Of a DNA stretch of 38,696 nucleotides, positions 11,047-22,688 are shown one piece after another. Below the pieces are notes generated by a model that worked only from the letters and a program-made list of their open reading frames with translations, had not been told where the DNA came from and searched no databases. The DNA is from Nemertoderma westbladi (taxonomy: Eukaryota; Animalia; Xenacoelomorpha), in contig JAUCBJ010001997.1 of the NCBI GenBank assembly GCA_032718475.1, positions 1 through 38,696 on the forward strand, written 5' to 3'. The stretch's first letter is position 1, and each line of letters begins with the position of its first letter. The position numbers were made by a program, and so were the translations under genes.

Positions 11047-13750
11047 TAGGGTGTAGTGAAAAATGCAAATTGTATCTAAACACTTAGCAACTTTCAGCGA
11101 TGATGAGGTTCGGGGAGTAGTAAAAAAATGTACAATATTAAATCGTTCTGAAAAGTGGAACATGTGACACCAGTGACGTAATTTTTGGCAGATAAAATAT
11201 AATTTTTGACAAATTTCATCAAAATGTGAGGGACAAAATGTGAATTCGGCATGACAGCAACAGAGCACAAAAAAAGTTATTAGAAGTGGCTTAAGTTGAT
11301 ATGAGGTCAATACTAAATAATTTGTGATGCATTAATGTTTTAATCTGGTTGCTATGGAAACACGAGAGCAAGAAATTCGAAATATAATACTCAATTATTA
11401 TACTGTACTCTAGTTGGAAGGATGGGCGTAGGTGTGTTTGATATTATTAAGTGGGCGACTGTGCCAAGTTACTAATGCTTTGTTTAGGCTGGTAGCTATA
11501 GCAATGCAATATTCTAGAATATATTATATTGTTAGCCTGTAGCTATATTATTTTACATAAGGTTCAATTCATTACTTTATGTACAGTACTTTTGTATTTT
11601 ATGCACTGTACGTTTTTTAAGTTAAGTTTTTGTTTTACTTTAAGTACTGCACTTTATGTACTGTACTTTATGTACTGTAGTATTTGCATTTTAGAATAAT
11701 TTTATGCAGTAATATTCATAGATCATGGCGGCAAAGAGCACCAGGCAATCTGATAACCGAATATATGGAAACCCATGTGAGCTGCCTGAGAATCAACTGC
11801 CAACACTTGGTGATATGTTGCGATTCTGCCAACTTGTGAAACGAGACCACAAGGTCAACAGTGGATGTAAACAGGAACTGGGATTGCGTAAAATGGCTGA
11901 GATTGTAGCTACAGATTTACTTAGAGTCTATGAAAGAGCAAAAATTCAAGTGATTTCATTTGAAGGAGTGGTAAAGAAGATATTGCATGAATGGCATGAG
12001 TTACGGGTAAAGATTGAGACAGTAGCACCTGCTCGACAAGCTAAGCCATTCTACATAGAAAGAGTTGCGGAATTCAAGGTTAATTTCAATAAACTTTTTG
12101 ACATCATATCATACAAGGACCTATGTGCTGTAGAAGTAGACTTTGTGGGCGATCAACGAAGTGAAAGAATAATGTATATTGGAGGGATAGATGGAATTGC
12201 GGCCGTTAAAGCCAGGAAGAAGGAAAGGAGAGAATCTGACAAACAGCAACAGATGACTAAGGAGAAAGAGCGTATTCAAAAGGAAGCTGGCATTGATCTT
12301 GACATGGAACCTGAAGATATTGGCCACCTGCCAGTCGAAGTATCAAATTCACCTTGCAGTGATATTTATGTGCTAGAAACATCATCCAGTAAGGTAGGAT
12401 CTGTTTAAAATCGTATGAAACTGCCTACTGTATCACGTGAAGCAGACAGATATGGGGTGTCTGATAGAGTTGCTGCTGCCATTGCTACTGCTACATTGCA
12501 GGATACGATGCCAGGATTTAATACCAAACATGTGATTGACCACAACAAAATTCGTCGAAGTCGTAAAAGACTGAGGATGGATGTCATAATGGAAAATAAT
12601 TGTCATTCAATATCGGGACTCTATTTTGATGGCAAAAAGGACCAAACGTTGGAAAGGGATAGTAAAACGGGCCATGTGCACGCTGTTATCCAGGACCATT
12701 TTGTGATTGTTCAATAACCCGAAGGCAAATACATTGGCCATGTCAGTCCAAAATCTGGTTGTTCTAAAGACATTCTGAATTCGATTCTTCTAAAGCTTGA
12801 AGACAAAGATATTGCATTGAATGATCTTAAGGTAGTTGGCTGCGATGGCACTAATGTCAATGTTGGCCATCTGGCTGCTATAATTCGACAACTAGAAGAG
12901 GTAGTCAAGCAGCCACTTCAGTGGTCAATTTGTCTGCTACACCTGAATGAGTTGCCATTGCGTCACATATTCATCAAGCTGGATGGTGAAACATCAGGTC
13001 CTACAGCCTACAAAGGGGTTATTGGCAAACGTATCAACTCATTGCCAGCACTAACAACCCTTGAGATTATTGATTTTGTCCCAATTCACTCTCAGAATTT
13101 CAAACTCTTGGATGAAGATGCTATTGTTACTCTCAGCACTGATCAAAAGTATTTATATATGATCACGCAGGCAATCATTGAAGGCAAATGCCCAGATCGT
13201 GTTGCAAGTCTCGACCCAGGACGATTATCACATTCCCGATGGCTGACCACAGCTAACCGAGTCTGTCGCCTCTATGTCAGTACTCTTCAGCCAAGTAAGG
13301 AACTCAAGCTGCTTACATCATACATTATTAGTGTCTATTCACCCCTTTGGTTTCAAATAAAGCAGAAAAGCTGTCTCCAAGATGCTTCAAACAACTTCTT
13401 CTCGCTTGTTTCCTGGACAAGACACCTTGAAGACGACATAAAGGCCATCATTGATCATGTTATCAAACGTACTGCATATGCTGCACATCCTGAGAATATA
13501 CTATTTGCCATGATTAATGATAAGCGTAGAATGATCCGTGAGCTGGGTGTACGCCGCATTTTGAAAGCACGCAGTAATTTTACCAAATATAGCATTACCC
13601 ATCCGGTGAGGGAATTTCACACACCATTCAACATAAACTTTAATGCAACTGATTACTATGAACTGATCAATTGGTTTGACTCTTCATTGATGGTCACACC
13701 CCCTCCTGTTCTAAGAGATGTGCCTGATGTAGATTAATATACTCATTGCA
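11047..13750 (+). mobile_element. Second hAT-superfamily transposon, 3'-truncated
   Basis: Starts TAGGGTGTAGTG at 11047, the same TAGGGTG terminus as the right end of the first element. No right TIR found. Confidence 0.7.
11725..13737 (+). pseudogene. hAT-like transposase pseudogene (paralogue of 5628-7863)
   Basis: ORFs 11725-12408, 12415-12717 and 12817-13737 share one frame, split by two TAA codons. Motifs LPTLGD, GVSDR, LYFDGKKD, GCDGTNVN, CLLHLNELPLRH, SHSRWLTTANR, AHPENIL. The C-terminal TQAVER motif is missing. Confidence 0.9.
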
Positions 13751-14229
13751 GTTCCCCACAATCTCATGGTGAAGTCTCACTACCCCCCAACAAATAATGA
13801 CTGTGCTTCAATGCCAGGGATAAAATCTGATATTGAAGATGAAGATGATAATGCATTATCAATCATCAATTTGTTAATAATGATTCTTACACCTTCAATA
13901 ATGAATCTTACACCCCTTAAACTACAAAAAAATATAGAATCATAACAACCCCCTGTTAGTCAGTATGTCGGTACATTCAATTATCAAATTTCGATTTGAC
14001 AGAGATATGTGAGATTGTAGCTGCCTAGTCATTGACACCATCTGTTAATTGAGGCTTCATTTTCCCGTGCTGGATTATTACCACCAACACCAGAACACCC
14101 GTGACTCAGTAAAGGACTCAGTGACCTTCTGGCTTTAGCTGATGAGTCACTGGAACAAACACCATCAAATGAGGTGGAATATAATAACAGGATTGTTGAT
14201 GTTGAAAATGATAGTGGTGATAGTAGATA

Positions 14230-14820
14230 GTCAAAATGCTAAACCATCAATAGTAGGAACTATTTACTGGAGGCATTCGGTACTTCCTCCAGATTTTCTA
14301 GAATTATTGGATCTAACACTTAACAAACTTACTAAACATAACTACAATGCAATTATCACAGGCGATATGAATATCAACCTGCTAAAATCTACCACTATTT
14401 CTAAATCATATTCTGATCTCATTAACTCGTACAGATTTATCCAATTAATTAACCAACCAACACATGTCTTCCAAAATGAACTACCTGACAGGACAATACA
14501 ATCTGAAACCCTAATAGACCATATTCTAACTAATATTACTTCACCTACTACTACTGCCGGTACTTTTAACTCTCCAATAATAGGCTCTACTGATCATTTT
14601 GCTACATTTGTTATCCTCAGAAATATTCCTGTTTTTTTCACCAAGATGCTTCACACTCCATATTCGATTTCTCACTATTTAATGAGGACAAATTTCTGAA
14701 GGATATCGCCAGTACTAAATCTTGGTCCTATTAATCTCCAATTATAAGTGACAAGGACAGACTAGACTCATTTAACTCTAATCTTAGTTATATCTGTAAC
14801 AAACACTTACCTAAGAAATC
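14230..14820 (+). mobile_element. CR1/L2-like LINE fragment, APE endonuclease domain
   Basis: IVGTIY, IITGDMNINLL, QLINQPT, TLIDHILTN and TDHF motifs in ORF 14142-14699. Confidence 0.85.
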
Positions 14821-14823
14821 GGT

Positions 14824-14853
14824 TTCAGTCAGTCAGTTAGTCAGTCAGTCAGT
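14824..14853. repeat. (CAGT)n microsatellite
   Basis: TCAGTCAGTCAGTTAGTCAGTCAGTCAGTC, where the LINE fragment ends. Confidence 0.85.
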
Positions 14854-15590
14854 CAACAATTTTTACAGTAATCAAGTCTTACCACTTTCTAACTAGAGAC
14901 AGCGTTAAGATGCTGCGCACCGCAAGTCGGAAGTCATCAATCAAATGTAAATTCCCTCAACAATGTTTGCCTATCATCTAAAATGTAATTTGCCTATGGT
15001 CAGAAAGAGATCCCACTCAGTAACTTGGCAATGTTTGCCTATGGTCTAAAGTTGACTAATTTAAAATACTTAAGAAAGCAATGATTATACCAGATATACA
15101 CTCGGTTGCTAACTAACTTTGTTCAACTATCATGTTACCAAACATAATTAACTTCCCTCTACGAAAATGATTTTAATTAAATACATAGAACAACTATTAT
15201 AGAACAGTCAACTCTACAGTCAGCAGTACACAATAACTAAAATGGCTTTCAGCTGACCAGCTATTCGCATTAAGCTAATCGCATATTCGATTTCATTCAA
15301 TTCAGTGAGTGTGTGAGGGCTTTTATCTGGCATGCAACAAAAGAAAAGTCAAGAAAAGTACATCTGAATAAAGAACTCAGTCTTCAGAAGTAGCTAAACT
15401 TTTCATTGAATTGTAAGCTGCAGATTGGTTATGCTTTATAAATATGACTTTTTGAATTTATAAATAGGTAGTTGTCACTACTTGAATAAATTGTTCAACA
15501 ACTCCATCCTTCTTTATATTTTCAAGTCTATCACTATTTTCTTTATTTTTCTCCCAGAACTGCCAAGAAACTACTTTCTGAAGTTGATTA

Positions 15591-15779
15591 AAGCCGCATT
15601 CACACTACCGAGTCAAAGTCAAAAGACAAAATCTAAAACATAATCACTGGAAATTTAATTAAGAATGCTAGAATGCCCTTATGTATTATATTGGGCCTAT
15701 ATATATATTATTATTTATTATTGCTAGCTAGCTATATTTATTTTATTTTGACTTTGACTCGGTAGTGTAAACACGGCCT
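15591..15779. mobile_element. PIF/Harbinger-like MITE
   Basis: Left AAGCCGCATTCACACTACCGAGTCAAAGTCAAAA versus right reverse complement AGGCCGTGTTTACACTACCGAGTCAAAGTCAAAA; TA on both flanks. The TIR is directly visible; the superfamily is inferred from the GGC...TTYACAC terminus. Confidence 0.8.
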
Positions 15780-15919
15780 TAGTTCAATGTTACTGACAAA
15801 TTTAACCTCAAATAGATTTTTACATAGGTTACAATTGGAGGTCATGCCTTTTTTATTATCAATCTCACTCACATACACACTCCGTAACGATATCATTTTA
15901 ATTATATGGGAAATTATCT

Positions 15920-16013
15920 GCTTTTGCAAAGTTGGCAATGACTTCCAGGTGGGATCGAATTGGTGAACTCCGAGTTGGAAGTCTGACGCTCTAACCATTC
16001 AGCTAGCGGCTCA
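15920..16013 (-). mobile_element. tRNA-derived SINE, copy A
   Basis: Minus strand reads TAGCTGAATGGTTAGAGCGTCAGACTTCCAACTCGGAGTTCACCAATTCGATCCCACCTGGAAGTCATTGCCAACTTTGCAAAAGC, with A- and B-box-like motifs. Confidence 0.75.
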
Positions 16014-16191
16014 GGTAAAAGATAGACCTGGAAATACTATCTGATACCTTGTATGTCCACAATTTACCTCCTCATGGCCTCCCAACTGTCAATACTATCA
16101 TATACTGCCACTGTGCTCAACCCCATCGTACTTGGCCGTCTTTAACCACTTGCTACAATGAAAGGGTAGTGTATATTAACCATGAACCATC

Positions 16192-16264
16192 AGAGCGTCA
16201 GACTTACAACTCGGAGGTTACCAGTTCGATCCCACCTGGACGTCATTGCCGACTTTACAAAAGC
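16192..16264 (+). mobile_element. tRNA-derived SINE, copy B (5'-clipped), inverted relative to copy A
   Basis: AGAGCGTCAGACTTACAACTCGGAGGTTACCAGTTCGATCCCACCTGGACGTCATTGCCGACTTTACAAAAGC aligns without gaps to copy A. Confidence 0.75.
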
Positions 16265-17022
16265 TGAGCCCAACAAAAAGATATAACGTCTTCAATGTCA
16301 GTTTAATATTTTTGTGGTAAATACTTCCAGACATTTCAAGGCATGCTTGAGGACAACAAAACTTATTGAGGTCGGAACTCAGCAAGCTTGCTCTTGCCAA
16401 TACTGAGCTGAGGATTATCTGTAATAAACAATGAATGTGCTTTGCCAATGGTCATTTCCATATGCCGCCTTTATTCTTTTTGTTTCTCATTGTCATCTCT
16501 GATAACAATAGTATCATCCTTTCCAGGAGCTTGGCGTGTCACATCATCACATCTGCCAGTAGGTTACACTAAGTAGAAGACACTAAGTAGAAGACACTAG
16601 TCTGATCTCGTGGCTTTATTTTCACTCACTCACTCACTAAAGTTCGTTCATGTAACAAAGCCACTCGAATCATCACACTGTAAAGTGCTACTTTACACAC
16701 AAGTATGTAAATAGTTATTACTACATAAATTATACAAAAAAAGCACATTGTACGATGTGTGACCATAGTTGTGAAATCCGTTTACTTCAATTGTTTAATT
16801 AACATCAATTGACTTTCTAATTACCCAAGACTCATCTAACTACGAGAACTGCGTGCTATTAACCACACTCGTGGCTATTCCATCACTTTATTTTGTTTCA
16901 GTGTAATAGAAATGAAATAAGAACTAAGTCATAATGAAAACAAATAATATAAGTTACAATACAAATGTAAACAAACCCAAACCAAATTATAAAGTTAATA
17001 GTAGTTAATAACAATAAATTAG

Positions 17023-17645
17023 CTAAACTCTGATCTTCATTTCTATTTTATCCATCGGTACATAGCTCTTAGGGTCAGTGAATGTGTACCAATAAGTCCC
17101 AGAGACGCCGTTTAGATTGGAGTAGCTACCGTAGGCGTAGAGCCGATACCACCAAGCCTCTCTGTTTGAGTTGAGGGGGCAGTTTTCATAACCGTAACCG
17201 TTAATGATCACTATTATCTTTATCATAAGTTGAGAAAGCGACTCCATCGAGGTAGTAAATCCCACCGGAACTCCGATAGAGTATCGAATCACCAGCTGTA
17301 CCGCTGTAATGCGATATATGTAGCATGTAGTTAGCAGTAGAGTCTCCAATACTGAAGTAATTATACTCGGCGTACTTGTGTTCGTTCACCTTGGTACCAC
17401 GGATCGTTTCTCAGTGCAACATTGGCTTTGGTAAGTTCGTAGATGTTGTCGAGTCCCAACCAGAAGTTATTTTCTACATCGCCGAAACCATGGATGTATT
17501 TCGACCATCTTAAACGGAAATTATCCGACCCATCTACCCGCCTCTGTATTCCTACCCAGGGGCCCCCGGGTTCTGTGTTATCGCATCGAAGTAAACCATA
17601 CAATCCATTGGGGTGGCTGACAATGGAAATGGCGTCTACTTGGGT
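17023..17645 (-). pseudogene. Fibrinogen C-terminal domain (FReD) pseudogene, uninterrupted by introns, two frameshifts
   Basis: Three overlapping ORFs join into CD..GGPWVGIQRRVDGSDNF..W..Y..GFGD...NFWLGLDNIY / YAEY..FSIGD....Y.L.IS.YSGTAGDS...FSTYDKDN / NC...AWWY...SNLNG...EMKIR. The first frameshift is a 4-bp duplication (GTTCGTTC, 17380-17387); the second is near 17200. Confidence 0.92.
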
Positions 17646-17976
17646 ATTTGTGCAATTTGTGCAATTTTATATTGTATATAAAAAATATAATTTTTTTATT
17701 CCAAAATTGTAACATTACTCAACGCCATTAGTGCTAACAGCGAGTTGTTATTTAGCACTTTACAACTATAGATGACATTACAGTATTGTATTGGCCGGTG
17801 TCTACTTCATCATCATCAAATAAATAGATATATTTCATGTTAAAGCACAATGCTGACTTATAAATCTATGGAACTATTGGTCCTATGATATAGAAAGTAA
17901 AAAGTTGCGAATATTCAGAATAAGTTAAAGGATGACAAAAATTTACATACATAATTTCATATATAATTTCATATAT

Positions 17977-18488
17977 TGTCATCGGTGAAATGCCATTTCA
18001 AATAAATACACTTATTCGACATACTGTACAGTATGTCTCAGAATAGAGTAACCAATCAGCATTCAGATTCAGACCGTATATAAAGTTCAACTATCAGACT
18101 TTCCGATTCATTCTGTATTCTATTTCAATCATAACACTTTTCCCACAAATTTGGTTATTACTTTTTCTGCCTTTTCCGCTTTCCTACTTCAGTACTCCAT
18201 CATTCAGAATTCAGCACTTTCTTTTACATTCAGACATTGCAGCCTTAATAGATCTTTACTTTAGATACCGGTAATTAATTAGTACATTTCCAATAAAATG
18301 CAAGATGACACCACCACTGTCTTTAACCTTTTCCATCAGTCCATGCAGACAGAATTAGCGATCAACCAAATAGAACATAGTTTAGCGGCGTAGACTATTG
18401 TTCTCAATAGAATTAGAATACAGATACAGTATTTCACATATTTCAGTTTATCATCAGTTTACTCAGTTCAGTAGTTCCGCCGCGAACA
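17977..18488 (+). repeat. 5' LTR
   Basis: TGTCATCGGTGAA...CCGCCGCGAACA; TATATAAA at 18077-18084 and AATAAA at 18292-18297. Roughly 96-97% identical to the 3' LTR by eye. Confidence 0.95.
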
Positions 18489-18490
18489 TT

Positions 18491-18502
18491 ATAACCAAAT
18501 TT
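18491..18502 (+). other. Candidate self-priming primer-binding site
   Basis: ATAACCAAATTT, 2 nt after the LTR, is the exact reverse complement of AAATTTGGTTAT at 18147-18158 in the LTR. No TGG-starting tRNA PBS is present. Confidence 0.6.
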
Positions 18503-19022
18503 AATTTTTAAGCTACCTTACCGGTACTCTACACATATTCAGACAGTTAGACATTTGAAATATTCCGGCATTCCTTCACCCTGCCTAGTACAGTAGCAGT
18601 AGTACCGGTACATCAGGGATATATCAGATATACCGGTATAGGCAGATCTGCAGATAGGCTTATTACAATATAAGCCTTATGGTACCTAGCAGCCTAGGCC
18701 CCATATGGTCCTACTGCCTGACTGCCCTATCATCCTATTGTGTACTGCTGTACTGTAATCGAGATTGCATAGGCCTATGTTCCTGTAAATGTATCTCTGT
18801 ATCTGTATAGTCCAATATCAGACTTAAGATTTTTTGCTGGTAGGCCTGTAGGCCAAACAGCTATTCATAAATTCAGAAATTCAGACTTAGGCCTTTAATT
18901 CAGACCGCGATACCGTCGCTAATACCGGTACCGCGAATACCTACGTTCAGAGGTCAATTCCGTTCTACGAGCTGCAGCTGACCGGGTTCGCATCCAGCAA
19001 TCAGGTATAAACTGACAGCAGC

Positions 19023-22000
19023 ATGTCGAGGAAGACAGGTTAAGAAGATCCACGAATGGATCTTGATGCAACTGTCACCAATAGTGATACCCTGGGATTG
19101 CCAAACAATCCCAGCGGACATGGATTATCTGATTCAGGTGGGATCCAAACAAATCAGGAACAGGATGTTGGTAACAAAGGTAGGAATGATGGCCCTGTAT
19201 GTAGGCCTAGATATAAGCCCTCGTCATCGGAAGTCGATCTCATAAATTCTGTAAAGAAGTCAGTATCTGGTATAAAATCTCATTTTTCGAAATGTTCATC
19301 TGTATTGGCACCAAAAAGTTCAGGTGACATGGTTCCAGTACGGTTAGTGTGAAAGACTTGAAGACTCCTCAAAGTTCATCAACTTTTTTAGATCACAATA
19401 TTAATAATGGCTTTTTATCACCTAAGTTGCCCTTCTGTAAAGAGTCTTTATACCAGTCTTCTATACGTAGATCAAAAAAACGAATTCCATTATCAGCAAG
19501 AATTCTAGTAAATCTAGCCACAAATCCTCAGCAAGCCATTCTGCCAGCTCAGTTTCAGCAAATGCTACTCTAAAGTTTCTTAAGGCTAGTAGTGAACGCA
19601 AATTAACAAAATTACGGTGCGATTTGGATGCTGAACAATCTAAAATAACCAGACAATTACATGATGAACATCGTAGAGGCCTAATACAAATTGCTGAGCT
19701 AAATGAAAGTCTTGCTGCTCAGGAATTAAAACTTTTGAATCCTGAGATGGCCGCTCAGGTCGATAATATTTTTCCAGAACCATTTCCCTATTCAGAACCT
19801 TTATGCCTATCAGATTCAGTACCAGTACCAGTACCCTTAGACCTCTCAGATTTAGATCCTTTCTCAAACTCAGAACCTTTTTCAGATTCAGAACCTGTTC
19901 CATATTCAGAACCTTTTTCAGATTCAGAACCTTTTGCATCAAATTCAGAACCTCTTTCAGATTCAGAACTCCTTTCAGATTCAGAACCTTTAGATGCATC
20001 AGATTCAGGACCTCTTTCAGATTCAGAACATCTTTCAGATTCAGAACCTTTAACTATCTCGGAACCTCTTTCAGATTCAGAACCTTTAACTATCTCGGAA
20101 CCTCTTTTAGATTCAGAACCTTTAACTAACTCGGAACCTCTTTCAGATTCAGAACCTTTTTCAGATTCAGAACCTGTTCCATATTCAAAACCTTTTTCAA
20201 ATTCAGAACCTTTAGATGTATCAGATTCAGAACCACTTTCAGTTTCAGAACCTTTTTCAGATTCAGAACCTTTTGCATCAAATTCAGAACCTCTTTCAGA
20301 TTCAGAACTCCTTTCAGATTCAGAACCTTTAGATGCATCAGATTCAGGACCTCTTTCAGATTCAGAACCTTTTTCAGATTCAGAACCTTTAGATACATCA
20401 GATTCAGAATTTTTCCCTATCTCAGAACCTTTTACAGATTCTGAACCTTTCCCTAACTCAGATCCTTTTTCAGATTCAGAACCCATTAACCTTTCAGATT
20501 CAGAACCATTTCCTTCCTCAGATTATTTTTCAGATTCAGAACACATTAACCTTTCAGATTCAGAACCATTTCCTTCCTCAGATTATTTTTCAGATTCAGA
20601 ACCTTTAACCAATTCGGAACCTCTTTCAGATTCAGAACCCCTAGCCCTTTCACATTCAGAACCTTTAGATGTATCTGATTCAGAACCACTTTCAGTTTCA
20701 GAACCTTTTTCAGATTCAGAACCTTTTGCATCAAATTCAGAACCTCTTTCAGATTCAGAACTCCTTTCAGATTCAGAACCTTTAGATGCATCAGATTCAG
20801 GACCTCTTTCAGATTCAGAACCTTTTTCAGATTCAGAACCTTTAGATACATCAGATTCAGAATTTTACCCTATCTCAGAACCTTTCACTAATTCTGAACC
20901 TTTCCCTAACTCAGATCCTTTTTCAGATTCAGAACACATTAACCTTTCAGATTCAGAACCATTTCCTTCCTCAGATTATTTTTCAGATTCAGAACCTTTA
21001 ACCAATTCGGAACCTCTTTCAGATTCAGAACCCCTAGCCCTTTTCAAATTCAGAACCTTTAGATGTATCAGATTCAGAACCACTTTCAGTTTCAGAACCT
21101 TTTTCAGATTCAGAACCTTTTGCATCAAATTCAGAACCTCTTTCAGATTCAGAACTCCTTTCAGATTCAGAACCTTTAGATACATCAGATTCAGAATTTT
21201 ACCCTATCTCAGAACCTTTTACTAATTCTGAACCTTTCCCTAACTCAGATCCTTTTTCAGATTCAGAACCCATTAACCTTTCAGATTCAGAACCATTTCC
21301 TTCCTCAGATTATTTTTCAGATTCAGAACACATTAACCTTTCAGATTCAGAACCATTTCCTTCCTCAGATTATTTTTCAGATTCAGAACCTTTAACCAAT
21401 TCGGAACCTCTTTCAGATTCAGAACCCCTAGCCCTTTCACATTCAGAACCTTTAGATGTATCTGATTCAGAACCACTTTCAGTTTCAGAACCTTTTTCAG
21501 ATTCAGAACCTTTTGCATCAAATTCAGAACCTCTTTCAGATTCAGAACTCCTTTCAGATTCAGAACCTTTAGATGCATCAGATTCAGGACCTCTTTCAGA
21601 TTCAGAACATCTTTCAGATTCAGAACCTTTAACTATCTCGGAACCTCTTTCAGATTCAGAACCTTTAACTATCTCGGAACCTCTTTCAGATTCAGAACCT
21701 TTAACTAACTCGGAACATCTTTCAGATTCAGAACCTTTAACTATCTCGGAACCTCTTTCAGATTCAGAACCTTTAACTATCTCGGAACCTCTTTCAGATT
21801 CAGAACCTTTAACTAACTCGGAACCTCTTTCAGATTCAGAACCTTTAACTAACTCGGAACCTCTTTCAGATTCAGAACCCCTAGACCTTTCAGATTCAGA
21901 ACCCTTAGATGTATCAGATTACGAACCTTTCACCAACTCAGAACTATTTTTAGATTCAGAACCTTTTACCTTCAGAAAACTACCATTTACATATACATAT

Positions 22001-22033
22001 ATCTATGTATTTTTTGCTTTCAGAGTAAATTAA
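19023..22033 (+). pseudogene. Disrupted long ORF: Ser-rich and coiled-coil N-terminus (possibly gag-derived) fused to about 700 aa of SDSEP repeats
   Basis: ATG at 19023 is in frame with ORF 19056 across one TAA. Frameshifts near 19350 and at the A7 run near 19475. The frame is then open (NSSKSSHKSSASHSASSVSA..., coiled coil, repeats) until one extra T near 21043, and the repeat frame continues to TAA at 22031-22033. Confidence 0.6.
19770..21968. repeat. Coding-type minisatellite with an 18-bp core (TCAGATTCAGAACCTYTT) and higher-order blocks
   Basis: Core unit encodes S-D-S-E-P-L/F. Marker sequences recur at offsets of about 393 and 453 bp, e.g. ACCAATTCGG near 20608, 21001 and 21395. Confidence 0.95.
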
Positions 22034-22537
22034 GCTGCTAGATCTATCACAATATGTTCAAGAACAACCATTCAACCGTCACAACCTACTACGATATGAC
22101 CAAGAATAGCAACGCCATCAGACTCTATCAGCCATTCCGCAGTCCTATGTTAAGCTTATTCTTTAAAACTCTGTGCCTGACCGTCCGTAATATCATTTAA
22201 CTCATTTATATATAGATGCGGTGCAATTTTGGTGACGGTATATAATACCTGCGCGAGTCTATCGATCTACTTAGGCTGCAACTCAAAATTTCTTTTTCAA
22301 CATTATTTTTCCTTTTTCAATATTTTTCTTTTTGATTTGGTTTGATTTCTGCCCTTTCAAAAAAAAAAAAAAATCATATTGGTCTTATTTTAGTACTGAT
22401 TGGTACCTCTAAAATATCTAAAATATAAAATTCAAATTATATACTATATATAACTATATGTATGTGTGAGTAAATTCACACTAATAAAATAAATTAAAAA
22501 TAATATAAAAGTAATGGTTCTCCCCTTTCTCCTTTCG

Positions 22538-22688
22538 TATGGTTTTAATCCATACTTTTAATTGTACGTCTTATATGTGCCCTTTGTACGTCCTATATGT
22601 GCCCTTTTGTATGGTTTTAATCCATACTTTTAATTGTACGTCCTATATGTGCCCTTTGTACGTCCTATATGTGCCCTTTGTACGTCCA
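22538..22688. repeat. Nested tandem repeat (about 72-bp unit containing about 23-bp subunits) in the 3' internal region of the LTR element
   Basis: GTATGGTTTTAATCCATACTTTT(T)AATTGTACGTC twice and TGTACGTCCTATATGTGCCCTT about four times. Confidence 0.9.

Noticed and set aside
14100-14160. Hammerhead core at CTGATGAGTC (also CTGATGAG at 10311)
   Set aside because: No stem II closed by GAAA follows either site.
15920-16013. Functional tRNA genes here, at 1367 and at 32151
   Set aside because: Acceptor and anticodon stems do not pair properly, and similarity between copies extends past the tRNA region, as expected for SINEs.
19640-21578. Minus-strand and alternative-frame ORFs (LKVLNL, GSESE and FRFRT repeats)
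   Set aside because: These are shadows of the 18-bp repeat. Only the SDSEP frame joins non-repetitive sequence in the element's sense direction.
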